A stretch of 64,000 nt of DNA from Squalus acanthias. Lineage: Eukaryota. The position numbers and the translations under genes were made by a program. The stretch is from contig CM059432.1 of assembly GCA_030390025.1 (NCBI GenBank), forward strand, positions 8,060,001 to 8,124,000, written 5' to 3'. Shown here in pieces: positions 24,224 through 36,294 of this stretch (the stretch's first letter is position 1; every line of letters starts with the position of its first letter). Under the pieces are notes generated by a model that made no database searches, was not told where the DNA came from, and worked only from the letters and a program-made list of their open reading frames with translations.

Positions 24224-24917
24224 ATGAGTTCTCAGGGAATCAGCAGAAAACATGTGGCCACTTTCATCCATAATTATAACTTTGCATTTAATTTTTTTAT
24301 ACAAACACGCTGTGACAGGATGTGAAAGGAGGATTCCATTGGACCTTGTGATATGCTAGATACTGTCATGCTTTATGTCCTTTGTTATTCTTTGTCTTTC
24401 CTTGTGCCTTGTTCAAGCAGTAGCACCATAAGCTCAGGACATTGCTCCACCTCTGACTTCAGTAGACAGTTTGTTACTGGAGATGCACAGTGCCAACTAC
24501 AGTGTATACAGTTTACAGTGATTGGTTTGATGGCCTATTGTACTTCCCACTGGGCTAATGCCAAAGCATCTGGAATGGCCCCGTCGGACGGAGATTCCGA
24601 CTATCCCTTACAAGGCCAGCGATGTAAGGGGGCAAGGGACCGGGAACGCTGAAAACGCCAGTATTTCCAAGTCCCACGCCTTCTTTAGGACCAGGCCTAT
24701 GGTCAGCTCCGGAGACCAGGCGCACTGGTCATCACACCAGCGGTGGTGGGGATTTGACCAGTTTGAACGCGCCTCTGAAATGTTCTTCGGTGGGGGTGGG
24801 GGGGTTGGGGATGGGGGTGTAGCAGTGGAATTCTTTGGACAGATTTCACAGCTCCATTGGCCCTGGTTGGGGGGGTGGGGGGTTGTCATAGATGTGTCCC
24901 ATCCTGCCAAAGATACA

Positions 24918-25360
24918 TGGTTGAACAGGCTGGGTCTCTTTTCTCTTGAAAAGAGAAGGCTGAGGGGTGACCTAATGGAGGTCTTTAAAATTATGAGAGG
25001 TTTTGATAGGGTGGATACAGAGAGAACGTTTCCACTTGTGGGGAAGAGCAAAACTAAAGGCCATCAATATAAGATAGTCACCTAGAAATCAAATAGGGAA
25101 TTCAGAAGAAACTTCTTTACCCAGAGAGTGGTGAGAATGTGGAACCCGCTACCACAGGGAGTGGTTGAAGAGAATAGTTTAGATGCATTTAAGGGGCGAT
25201 TAGATAATCACATGAGGGAGAAGGGAACAGAGGGTTATGCTGATAGATTTAGATGAGGAAAGACGGGAGGATGCTCGAGTGGAGCATAAACGCCGGCATG
25301 GACTGGTTGGGCCAAATGGCCTGTTCCTGTGCCGTATATCCTATGTAATCCTATGTAATG
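24918..25360 (+). mobile_element. CR1 3' fragment
   Basis: LNRLGLFSLEKRRLRGDLMEVFKIMRG; (CCTATGTAAT)n tail. Confidence 0.9.
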
Positions 25361-25459
25361 AATCATGGGCCAACCCTTTTGGTGGTGTGGTCAGAGGTGG
25401 AGTTGGGGGGTGGGCACTTACACCAAGATTCCTTGCCCACAGATTTGTGGGAGTACTTT

Positions 25460-26190
25460 GGGGGAAAAATTGGGTTGCTTTGCGCCTCCTGTTAGAGCCC
25501 CGGGGAGCGCTAACGAGGCACAAAGCCCCTAGCGCCTGGGCATGGCGCCGCTAACGCCTCCCATGGTAGCTGTTAGCGCCCCGCGGCACTGCGCCTCTGG
25601 TGATGATGTCATCGCCATGCGCAGTGCCCCGCTCGCGCCCCGGCCGCAAACTTCAGTTGTGCCCCCTGACCTACCGCCGGACGCTATGTCCGACAGGGTC
25701 AGGGGTGCTGTGTTTGCGGCCGCAGCGGTGCAAATTAAAGGGCAGGTGTCGAGCGGTCATTTTTTTTGGGGGCCCCCTGCCAGCACCTGCCCCCTCTCGC
25801 CTCCTCCTGCGGGGTGCCAGCCGCGGTCAGGTCAGCCCGGCACTCCTCCTCTTGAGTGCCGGGCTCTTTTCCCAGCACCCCGCTCCCCTGTTGGTCCAGC
25901 AGGGCCCCAGTGCGCACTGCGCTAGGCCCCTCCCCTTTAATCAGGGGAGGGAGGCCTGCAATACCGTGGCGCTACGTGCCGACGAGCGTGGCGTACTGCA
26001 CGTAGCGCCGTGATATTGAATGGTAGCGCCCCCAAGAGGGAGGGGGAGCGCTTCCAGTAGCGCCCTGCCTCCTGCTTGGGGCGCTACCACTCAATTTATG
26101 GGGCGGGGGGGCGCTAACTTTTTCGGGGTGCTAAAAGTAGCACTCCGGTGAAGTTTGAACCCCAAAGGGGACGTGACCGAATTTTCCCCC
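25460..26190. mobile_element. Harbinger-type GC-rich MITE (inverted relative of 20545 and 27675)
   Basis: TIR GGGGGAAAAATT / AATTTTCCCCC; flanks TTT and AAA (not a direct duplication). Confidence 0.85.
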
Positions 26191-26504
26191 AAAGTGTTTG
26201 TTCTTTAAAATGTGTTAATTGTGTAACGTAAAAATACTAAAAATGAATCAGAAGGTCTCACTTTTATTTTAAAAATTCAAAAGATTTTCCGTGTCCCAGA
26301 TCCTTATGGAAATGTGTCTTCTACGTTTGAAATCTCCCCTAGGCTTGTCGTCCTCCCGTACAAGTGGAGGAACGTTGTGTATATTCACAGATTACGTTAC
26401 AGAACTCACGGCCGGGAGTTTCCTTAGAGCTGCTTCACTCCGACACCGTAACTTCGCCGGAAGTGCAACGGTATCCTTGCTTACACGCGTAAACGGTGCT
26501 TCTG

Positions 26505-27240
26505 AAAGAAAGAAAGACTTGCATTTCTATAGCTCCTTTCACGACCTCAGGACGTCCCAAAGCGCTTTACAACCAATGAAGTACTTTTTGAAGTGCAGTC
26601 ACTGTTGTAATGTAGGAAACACAGCAGCAAATTTGCGCACAGCAAGCTCCCACAAACAGCAATGTAATGATGACCAGATAATCTGCTTTAGTGATGTTGG
26701 TTGAGGGATAAATATTGGCCAGGATACCAGGGGGCTCGACAGGGTAGATGCAGAGAGGATGTCTCCCCTCGTGGGGAAATCTAGAACTCGGGGGCACAGT
26801 CTCAGAATAAAGGGTCGCCCTTTTAGAACTGAGATGAGGAGGAACTTCTTCTCTCAGAGGGTCGTAAATCTGTGGAATTCTCTGCCCCAGAGAGCTGTGG
26901 AGGCTGGGTCATTAAATACATTTAAGTTGGAGATAGACAAATTTTTGCAAGATAAGGGAGTGAAGGTTATGGGGAGCGGGCAGGGAAGTGGCTTTGAGCC
27001 CAAGATCAGCCATGATCTTATTGAATGGCGGAGCAGGCTCGAGGGGCCAAGTGGCCTATTCCTGCTCCTATTGCTTATGTTCTTATGTTCTTAGAACTCC
27101 CCTGCTCTTCTTCAAAATAGTGCCGTGGGACTTTTTACGACCACCTGAGAGGGCGGACGGGGCCTCGGTTTGACGTCTCACCTCACCAAGATGGCACCTC
27201 CGAAGATGCAGCGGAGGCTCCCTCAGTACTGCCCTGAGGA
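26505..27240 (-). mobile_element. DeuSINE split by a CR1 3' fragment (~26731-27092, +), lying inside a short TIR element (~26410-27315)
   Basis: The SINE resumes at AGAACTCCCCTGCTCTTC; outer ends GGCCGGGAGTTTCCT / AGGAAATTCCTGGCCC. Confidence 0.75.
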
Positions 27241-27674
27241 CTCCATCAGCTCTGCCACACATCCGGTGAAGTTGCGGTTCCAGTGCGGGAACAGCTCTGA
27301 GGAAATTCCTGGCCCGGATAAGTATTTGTTTTCACAAGTCATAGGCGTATAAACACAGGGACATTCTTGAAGTGCCAATGTTCTGGGCTACATCAGCTCC
27401 TTTGAAGCTGGCGGTCAGCTTTTGTACGTTGGCATGTAGGCGTAAACATTTGGGGAGCTAGAATTCTCTCCTCCCCGCTCTCTATAGGCTTGCATTTCTA
27501 ACTACTGGAAGATAGCTCCGTGCCTGTGTTTTATTCAGGATTGAGCAGAGCTTTCTCCCAGGCAGGAGAGTAAAAACAAATATTAAACAAAAGCAAAAAA
27601 CAAAATGCCGAATCCGAAACTGTGCAATTAAAGCAAAACGCTCATCAGATCAGGCAGCACCTGTGAAGAGAACA

Positions 27675-28405
27675 GGGGTGAAAAATTGAGTCGCGCTCCC
27701 TTTGGGGAAAAATTAGCGCCACCGCGACCAAAATTGAGCGGTAGCACCCCAAGAGGGAAGTGGAGCGCTACTGGAAGCGCCCCGCCTCCCTCTTGGGGCG
27801 CTGCAAGGGAATATCGCGGCGCTTCGTGGCACTGCGGCACATCGCACCGTGGTATTGCAGGCCTTCCTCCCCTCCTTAAAGGGGAGGGGCCTTGCGCAGC
27901 GCGATCCGGGGCCCAGCTGGGCCACCGGGGATCGGGAGTGCCGGCAAAAGAGCCTGGCACTCAAGAGAAGTGCCGGGCTCATGGAGCGCAGCCGGCACTC
28001 CGCAGCGGGGGAGCGGGTAAGGAGACTGGGGACGGGAGCGGAGGCAGGTGCTGGCAGGCGGCCAGCAACAAAAATGGCCGCCCGGGACCTCGCCTTTAAA
28101 TAGCGCCGCACCCGGCCGCAGGTAGGCCCCCGCTGTCGCTGTCGGACATAGCATCCGGCGGTAAGTCAGGGGGGGCGCTACTGAAGATCGTGGCTGGGGC
28201 GCGAGCGGGCGTTGCACACGGCGATGACGTCATCGCCGGCGGCACAGTGCCGCGGGGCGCTAACGGTTAGCGCCGCTGCTAACCTCCCGCTGAATTTCTT
28301 GGGAGGCGTTGGTGGCGCCGCGCCCGGGCGCTGGTTGCTTTGCGCCCTGTTAGCGCACTCTTAGGGCGCTAAAGGGAGGTGCAAAGCAACCGAATTCTTC
28401 CCCCC
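27675..28405. mobile_element. Harbinger-type GC-rich MITE
   Basis: TIR GGGGTGAAAAATT / AATTCTTCCCCCC; flanks ACA/AGA. Confidence 0.85.
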
Positions 28406-28953
28406 AGATCTTTTGTTAGAACTGTAAGATATTACAGTTGAACAGAAAGGAAAGGGTGCAAAAAACACACAAACATCCACCCACATCGAAGAAGAAAGAA
28501 AGAACTTGCGTCTTTCACAACCTCAGGACGTCCCAATGCGGTTTATCGCCAACTTTGCATTCATCAGAACCGAGCACCCAGGAAAAGCTGTGTCAAAGAA
28601 CTCGTTTCAAATGACGACACTCTGGTTCGCTCCTATCTCTGAGCACTGGGGCTTTGAACTCTGGAATCGTTGCTTCCATAGAGTCGATGCAGTAAATCAG
28701 TCCTGATTTTGCGAATATTTAACTCATTTATTTACCAAAAATCCCTCCTTTTGTTCCTCCTCCTTTTCACTCAGTTTTAAGATTTCTTCACAGCGTGCAA
28801 GACTACTTTTGAAGTGCAGTCACTGTTGTAATGAAGGAATCTGTGCATAGCAAGATCCCACAAGCAGCAATGTGATTATGTGACCAGAGCATCTTTTTTT
28901 TTTAGTGATGTTGGTTGAGGGACAAATATTGGCCAGGATACCAGAGAGAGCTT

Positions 28954-29111
28954 AAATAAAAACAGAAAATGCTGGAAATACTGACGAAGGGTCATCGACC
29001 TGAAACGTTGACTCTGTTTCTCTCTCCACAGATGCTGCCTGACCTGCTGAGCATTTCCAGCATTTTCTGTTTTTATTTCAGATTTCCAGCATCTGCAGTA
29101 TTTTGCTTTTG
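28954..29111. mobile_element. Penelope-derived pLTR with short inverted arm (family 2)
   Basis: Arm AAATAAAAACAGAAAATGCTGGAAAT inverted at ~29054-29078; TSD TACCAG(A/G)GAG. Confidence 0.75.
28981..29010 (+). ncRNA. Minimal hammerhead ribozyme core (family 2); the 5' strand of stem I is lost at the junction
   Basis: CTGACGA-A-GGGTC-atc-GACCT-GAAA-CGTT with palindromic AACGUU stem III. Confidence 0.65.
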
Positions 29112-29377
29112 TACCAGGGAGCACTCCCCTGCTCTTCTTCGAAATAGTGGCCGTGGGATCTTTTGCGTCCACCTGAGAGAGCAGACGGAGCCTCAGTTTA
29201 GCGTCTCATCCGAAAGACGGCACCTCCGACAGTGCAGCACTCCCTCAGCACTGCACTGAGAGTGTCAGCTTAGCTTTCTGTGCTGACATTTCTGGAGCAG
29301 GACTTGAACCGACAACCTTCTGGCTCAGAGGTGAGAGTGCTACCCACTGAGCCACAGCTAAAGAGTGAACTGTAAAT

Positions 29378-31409
29378 CATAGAATCATAGAATCATAGAA
29401 AGTTACAGCACGGAAGGAGGCCATTTCGGCCCATCGTGTCCGCGCCGGCCAACAAAGAGCTAACCAGCCTAATCCCACTTCCCAGCTCTTGGTCCATAGC
29501 CCTGCAGGTTACAGCATCCCAAGTGCACATCCAAGTACTTTTTAAATGTGGTTAGGGTTCCTGCCTCTACCGCCCTTTCAGGCAGTGAGTTCCAGACCCC
29601 CACAACCCTCTGGGTGAAGAAATTTCCCCTCAAATCCCCTCTAAACCTTCCTCCAATTACTTTAAATCTGTGCCCCCTGGTTTTTGACCCCTCTGCTAAG
29701 AGAACTAGGTCCTTTCTATCCACTTTATCTATGCCCCTCATAATTTTATACATCTCAATAAGGTCTCCCCTCAGCCTCCTCTGTTCCAAGGAAAACAGAC
29801 CCAGCCTATTCAGTCTTTCCTCATAGCTAAGATTCTCTACTCCCGGCAACATCCTTGTAAATCTCCTCTGTACCCTCTCTCGTGCAATCACATCTTTCCT
29901 GTAATATCGTGACCAGAACTGCATGCAGTACTCTAGCTGAGGCCTAACTAATGTTTTATACAGTTGAAGCATAACCTCCCTGCTCTTGGATTCTATGCCA
30001 CGGCTAATAAAGGCAAGCATTCCGTATGCCTTCTTAACCACCTTATCTACCTGGCCTGCTACCTTCAGGGATCTGTGGACATGCACTCCAAGGCCCCATT
30101 GTTCCTCTACACTACTCAGTGTCCTACCATTTAATGTGTATTCCCTTTCCTTGTTAGCCCTCCCCAAATGTATTACCTCACACTTCTCCGGATTGAATTC
30201 CATTTGCCACTGTTCTGCCCACCTGACCAATTTATTGATATCTTCCTGCAGTCTACAGCTTCCTTCTTCAGTATCAACCACACAGCCGATTTTAGTATCA
30301 TCTGCAAACTTCTTAATCATACCCCCTATATTCAAGTCAAGATCGTTAATATATACCACAAAAAGCAAAGGACCTAGTACTGAGCCCTGCGGAACCCCAC
30401 TGGAAACAGCCTTCCAGTCACAAAAACACCCATCAACTATTACCCTCTGCTTCCTGTCTCGGAGCCAGTTTTGAATCCAACTTGACACTTTGCCCTGAAT
30501 CCCATGGGCTTTTACCTTTGTGACCAGTCTGCCATGTGGAACCTTATCAAAATCCTTGCTAAAGTCCATATACACTACATCAAATGCACTACCCTCATCT
30601 ACCCTCCTTGTTACCTCCTCAAAAAATTCAATCAAGTTTGTCAGACACGACCTTCCCTTAACAAATCCGTGCTGACTATCCTTGATTAATCCGTGTCTTT
30701 CTAAATGAAGATTTATCCTGTCCTTCAGAATTCTTTCCAATAATTTTCCCACCAACAAGGTTAGGCTGACTGGCCTGTAATTACTCGGTCTATCCTTTTC
30801 TCCCTTTTTAAACAAGGGTACCACATTAGCAGTCCTCCAGTCCTCCGGCACCACACCTGAAGCCAGAGAGGATTAAAAAATGATGGTCAGAGCCTCTGCT
30901 ATTTCCTCTTTTGCTTTGCTTAACAGCCTGGGATACATTTCATCTGGGCCTGGGGATTTATCCACTTTTAAAGCTGCTAAACCCCTTAATGCTTCCTCCC
31001 TCACTATGTTTATTTCATCTAATATTTCACACTCCTCCCCCCGATAGCAATGTCTGCTTCGCCCCTCTCCTTTGTGAAAACAGACGCAAAGTATTCATTA
31101 AGAACCCTACCGACGTCTCCCGCCTCCACACACAGATTACCCTCATGATCTCTAATAGGCCCTACCCTTTCTTTAGTTATCTTCTTACTCTTAATATATT
31201 TATAAAACATCGGGATAGGGTGGGATATGTGTCGGTGCAGGCTCGATGGGCCGAAATGGCCTCTATCTGCACTGTGGGGATTCTGTGATTCTGTGATCTT
31301 TGGGTTTTCCTTGATTTTACTTGCCAAGAATTTTTCATGCTCTCTCTTTGCTTTCCTAATATAATTTTTAATTGCACCCCTGCACTTTCTGTACTCCTCA
31401 GATTGATCG
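29378..31409 (-). mobile_element. CR1 LINE, ~2 kb 5'-truncated copy; 461-aa open RT region (29469-30854); small CR1/HE1-type tail insert at ~31211-31297
   Basis: DWRTANVVPLFKKG, NYRPVSLT, QHGF, YMDFSK.FDKVPH, GVPQGSVLGP, FADD; stop codon and frame breaks upstream; (CATAGAAT)n tail. Confidence 0.97.
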
Positions 31410-31711
31410 GCACCCCCCCCCATCCTGCATCCATTAGAAGTGGGCGGGTTGTGGTCGGGTTAGCAACTTAAAATATTTTTACATCCCACCCGCCCAGAAT
31501 CCACCCGTTCCTGGGGGTTAAAATTACCCCCTCCCTAAAGTCAATGGGCATAAAAATCGGGACAGATGTGGTCGGGAGTGGGCTGCCGACTCAGTATCGC
31601 CCGTTTTACATTATCGCACAAAGTCAAAATGATCCCCGAATGTGTGAATAGCTCCCATGTCCTGGGCCGCTACGCTTTGCCATTTTTGTGCTTCCATTTC
31701 TATCTGCCTTA

Positions 31712-32630
31712 TCACCTCCCCCTCCCCCCACATCCCCAGCCCCCCTCCCCTCCCCCCACCTCCCTCTCCCCCCACCTCCCCCTCCCCCCACCCCCCACCT
31801 CCCTGCCCCCGACAACCCCCCGCACCACCTCCCCCTCCCCCCGCCCCACCTCCCCCACCCCACTGCCCCACCTCCCCCTCCCCCCACCTCCCCAGCCCCC
31901 CTCCCCTCCCCACCCCCCCGCCCCACCTCCCCCTCCCCCCACCTCCCCACCCCCTCCCCTCCCTCCCTGCCCCACCTCCCCCTCCCCCTCCCCACCTCCC
32001 TGCCCCACCTCCCCCTGCCCCACCCCCCTGCCCCCTCCCCCCCTGCCCACCTCCCCCCTCCCCCATCCCCCTCCCCACCCCCCTGCCCCACCTCCCCCTC
32101 CCCACCCCCCCGCCCCACCTCCCCCTCCCCCACCCCCCTGCCCCCTCCCCCCTGCCCACCTCCCCCCTCCCCCCTCCCCCTCCCCACCCCCCTGCCCCAC
32201 CTCCCCCTCCCCCCACCTCCCCACCCACCCCACCCCACCTCCCCCTCCCCCCCACCCCCCTGCCCCCCTCCCCCCACCTCCCCCCTCCCCCTCCCCACCC
32301 CCCTGCCCCACCTCCCCCTCCCCCCACCTCCCTGCCCCACCTCCCCCTCCCCCCACCGCCCCGCCCCACCTCCCTCTCCCCCCACCTCCCTGCCCCGCTC
32401 CCCCTCCCCCCACCTCCCCACCCCCCCGCCCCACCTCCCCCTCCCCCCACCTCCCCACCCCCTCCCCCCCGCCCAACCTCCCCCTCCCCCCACCTCCCCA
32501 CCCCACCTCCCCCTCCCCCCGCCCCACACCCCCTTCCCCCACCCCCCTGCCCCCCTCCCTCCACCTCCCCCCTCCCCACCTCCCCCTCCTCACCCCCCCC
32601 TCCCCCCACCTCCCCCTCCCGCCACCTGCC
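31712..32630. repeat. C-rich low-complexity array (CCCCACCTCCCCCT-like units)
   Basis: About 900 bp, almost entirely C runs; source of spurious Pro- and Gly-rich ORFs. Confidence 0.95.
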
Positions 32631-32749
32631 TCAGCCATTTGCGTGCTCTCTGTGTCTTGTGAATGTCTCGAATTTCTCTCATTACACCTTCTATTGCCGC
32701 ATGTTATTGACCTAGAAATTGCTGGAAAAATAATGGCAAGTAATTTCTT

Positions 32750-33220
32750 TGATTCTTTGGAATTCTCTACCCCAGAGGGCAGTGGATGCTCAGTCGATGA
32801 GTATATTCAACACGGAGATCGATAGTATTTTGGGCACTAAGGGAATCGAGGGATATGGGGATCGGGCGGGAAGGTGGAGTTAAGGTAGAAGGTCAGCCAT
32901 GATCTTGTTGAATGGTGGAGCAGGCTCGAGGGGCCATATGCTCTACTTAAAGATCCCACGGCCACTATTTCGAAGAAGAGCAGGGGAGTTCTCCCCGGTG
33001 TTCTGGCTAATATTTAGCCCTCAACCAACATCATTAAAAACAGATTATCTGGTCATTATCACATTGCTGTTTGTGGGAGCTTGCTGTGCGCAACTTGGCT
33101 GCTGCGTTTCCCACATTACAACAGTGACTACACTCCAAAAAAGTACTTCATTGGCTGTAAAGCGCCTTGGGACGTCCTGGGGTCGTGAAAGACGCTGTAG
33201 AAAGGCACGTCTTTCATTTC
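32750..33220 (+). mobile_element. CR1 3' end (32750-32940) followed by a DeuSINE 3' half (32945-33220)
   Basis: Similarity to other copies in the window. Confidence 0.8.
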
Positions 33221-33501
33221 CTTCTACTTTCTAATGGGTTAAAGAAACAGCCCGCGTTACAGGAAGAATTTAGCACCTTCAGCAGGTTTGAATCAGCTTT
33301 AGATTAATAGGTTCAGATGGAGTCAAAGAACCCTTTAACTAGGATAGGCTATTTGCTCCTCCCTGATATTTAAATAAATCTTTTAAAAAATCTGCTCTGG
33401 GGCAGTTGCTAATTTAATATTGGCACCAAAAAGCCTTATACTTCAGTGCCTTAGTGGTGCATAAGCCATGCAATATAGCATCTTTAGTTTCTGTGGATTA
33501 A

Positions 33502-33622
33502 ATGTCTTCGGCAGAGGTTAATGAGGATGGTGAACCTTCGGCAATAGAGGGCCAGGCACGTGGGACCGGATTGACTTCTGGCGTGTCATTACGACACAGA
33601 TACAAGACCGATCTGTGTCGAG
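33502..33622 (+). CDS. Candidate first coding exon of an unidentified host gene
   Basis: Acceptor TCTTTAG ending at 33487, ATG at 33502, MSSAEVNEDGEPSAIEGQARGTGLTSGVSLRHRYKTDLCR, phase-1 donor G|GTAGGA; unique sequence. Confidence 0.4.
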
Positions 33623-33771
33623 GTAGGAAAGGTTATTGAGGTCGTCACTGAAAATCCATACAGGGTGTCTTTCACGCAAATACCTAAAAATAGACTCGGG
33701 ACAGTTTCACAGGTTGGGTTTCAATTGCTTAAAGCGATCTTGGGCATTTTTTGTGAAAAATTAACAGTCAT

Positions 33772-34424
33772 TGACGTAAGAAAACTATGAGGCACTTGGT
33801 CTAAGCGTTAAACAAAGCTTTAATCAACTGTTTTTCAACATGGAGGTCTAGTTGTGTCATAGAAACATAGAAACATAGAATCTAGGAGCAGGAGTAGGCC
33901 ATTCGGCCCGTCGAGCCTGCTCCACCATTCAATACGATCATGGCTGATCATCCAAATCCAGTACCCTGTCCCTGCTTTAATCCCCACAGTACACATATCC
34001 CACCCTACCCCCGTAATCCCACGTATTTAATTCCCCCTAACATATCCCATCCTATCCCCATAACCCCACATGTTTAATCCCCCCCTAACACTAAGGGTCA
34101 ATTTATCATAGCCAAATCAACCTAACCCGCACATTTTTGGACTGTGGGAGGAAACCGGAGCACCCGGAGGAAACCCACGCAGACACGGGGAGAATGTGCA
34201 AACTCCACACAGACAGTCACCCGAGGTCAGATTCGAACCCGGGTCTCTGGCGCTGTGAGGCACCAGTGCTAACCACTATACCACCGTGCTGCCCTTCACT
34301 AGTTCCTGTTGAGGAATGTCCTAAGCAAGCTGGGCCCATGCCCGAGTATTTATGCTCTCCCTGGACAGCGCCACCAGCAGGCCGCCCAGTATTACTTCAT
34401 ACATGAATGACAAGATTCATGTCA
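33772..34424 (-). mobile_element. ~220-bp solo-LTR-like element (copy 1), interrupted by an HE1 SINE
   Basis: TGAC...GTCA ends; GTCAT on both sides; homologous to 62574-62800. Confidence 0.8.
33858..34293 (-). mobile_element. HE1-like V-SINE, full length
   Basis: tRNA-like head GGGCAGCACGGTGGTATAGTGGTTAGC..GGTTCGAATC, V-domain GTGGGTTTCCTCCGGGTGCTCCGGTTTCCTCCCACAGTCCAAAAA, CR1-type tail (CTATGTTT)n. Confidence 0.9.
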
Positions 34425-34833
34425 GTCATAAATGTAAAATAGTATTTATTCTGTGGATGCATTTGATGCCGGATGGGTGAGAAATAATAGATATGCGTTA
34501 ATAATAGCATCCCTATCTTTAATCAACGTCTCATTGCTTAGCATTCCTTACCCTTCACCCTTAGCTCGAGAAATTGGATGGGGCCTAAGCCCCCAACATG
34601 GCGGAAGGGAAGCGCAGGCTCATTACGAGCTGGTAGTGCTCAGATGTTAGGCGAAACAGGCGTGAGTCCCATCGCAAATTCAAATAAGGGGCCTACTGCC
34701 TGTTTGAGGCCCTCTCTGCAATATTGGGTTGCCCTGAGACACTGGGCCGGCTGTGATTAGGAAAAGCAGGTCTACATGCAGCCTAGCAGGCGGTCCTTAA
34801 AGGGACCGCTGCCGGGCGCCACCAACAATGTAA

Positions 34834-36232
34834 GGGGGAAAAATTCGGTAGGTTAGCGCCTCCCGTTAGTGCTTGCAGAGGGCGGTAACGGGGCACTGAT
34901 GCAGTAGTGCTGGGGCGAGGTAAATCCAGTGCCGCACGACAAATCCGGCCCCCCCCGTTATGCCGCCGGTACGAGGTACCGCCGAGGACTTCAACGCCAG
35001 GTAGATCGTGACGTCAGTGAGCATGCAACGCTCACTGGGCGCCCGATCTGGAAAATTCATTGTCGCCACCTACCTTTGCGCCTCGAACAGTCAGCGACAG
35101 GGAAAGGAGGTGCACAGCTGGCTAAAGCCGGCTCCAGCGACATTATTCAAAGGTAGCAGCATTAATCACTCGCAGCTGTCAGGGCAGGTTAGTTTCAGTG
35201 GCTTCTTGTCAGTTTCAGCCAGTGGAGCAGTTTGTATAAGTAATTTCAAGCATCTTTTTTATCAGCAGCGTTCTGGCAAGTGCAAAGTAGCTACATTTAT
35301 GGTTCAAAGATTCAAACTGCTACACTTGGCAACATTACTGGGGGCTGTACTGGCACCACCTCGCCCTCCAGGATCTATGGCGGAGGGAGCGTATGCAGCC
35401 AGAAATACGGGAACATGTGCGCAGAGGCCTGAGGAGGGACCTCAGGGCTCTCACTAGGACCAGAACTTCTCCTACCTTCAATTAAGCGAGGAACAGTGTA
35501 TTAGATGGCTCTGCATCACCAAGGTGGTGGTCACAGAACTCTGCCACCTCCTCCAAATAGACCTCCAGCCTCACACCAGGATGACTTAAGCCCTTATGTT
35601 CACCACATGCCCATCATACAATCCCTGTGTCATGCCATATCATAGCGTCCTCTTGGGCGCAAAGGTGAAATGAGAGAGACCACGAAATATTGCAAACTCC
35701 ATGAATAAATTTATGCATAAACATTTCACACATATCACATTCATTCTAATAATGAATGACCCTTGTGCCTGCCATAGTTGACTAGCTGTCATTGTGTGCA
35801 AGGTGTGAGATGTGGGCGTAAGTGTTATGTAGCATTTGTTGAAGCATTCAATCACCCTGACCACCTGACTGAGGTGGATCTGCCATGAACACAGCTGCTT
35901 CAGTCCTTCGGCTCCTTCTCCTTGTTCTGCTTTTCCTTGCTGAGGCAGCTGCACAGCCAGCAATGCTGAGAATGAGGTGTTGCAGCATCAATGAACCTCC
36001 CCTTTAAGCAATGGGAAAAGCCTGTGGCAATAATGAGTTGCGATTAGACCGCACCCGATATTGGTCCACCCTTTGAGTGTAACGCCACTGAGAGTTGATT
36101 TAGCGCCCCAATCATTTCTTTGAGCAGTGAGAATTAATTTTGCGAGCAGTCTAAAGCATTAGCGCCTGGCGCTAATTCTCAAACTTTTCTTAAGATACCG
36201 CCTATTCCTGGGCTGTAATGAATTTCTAGCTC
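34834..36232. mobile_element. Harbinger deletion derivative with a transposase N-terminal remnant
   Basis: TIR GGGGGAAAAATTC / GAATTTCTAGCTC; flanks TAA/GAA; 35467-35580 (+) encodes FSYLQLSEEQCIRWLCITKVVVTELCHLLQIDLQPHTR. Confidence 0.75.
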
Positions 36233-36294
36233 GAAGTGTTTAAAATATAATCCTCCCAGATCAGGCTGCTACACTGCCTGATCGGCGCCAACCG

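Larger units (their letters stand above)
28800..29360 (-). mobile_element. DeuSINE interrupted by a Penelope hairpin
   Basis: Collinear with the intact copy at 40651-41116. Confidence 0.85.

Noticed and set aside
29469..30854. Active or domesticated reverse transcriptase gene
   Set aside because: 5'-truncated CR1 lacking the endonuclease and ORF1, with an upstream stop codon and an insertion
31566..32825. Pro-rich and Gly-rich ORFs resembling extensin or formin
   Set aside because: Open in nearly all frames because of a C-run low-complexity tract
33595..33640. RYKTDLCR as the lead-in of a ZFP36/TTP-type CCCH zinc finger
   Set aside because: It resembles RYKTELCR, but neither the read-through frame nor the candidate next exons supply the remaining C-x8-C-x5-C-x3-H
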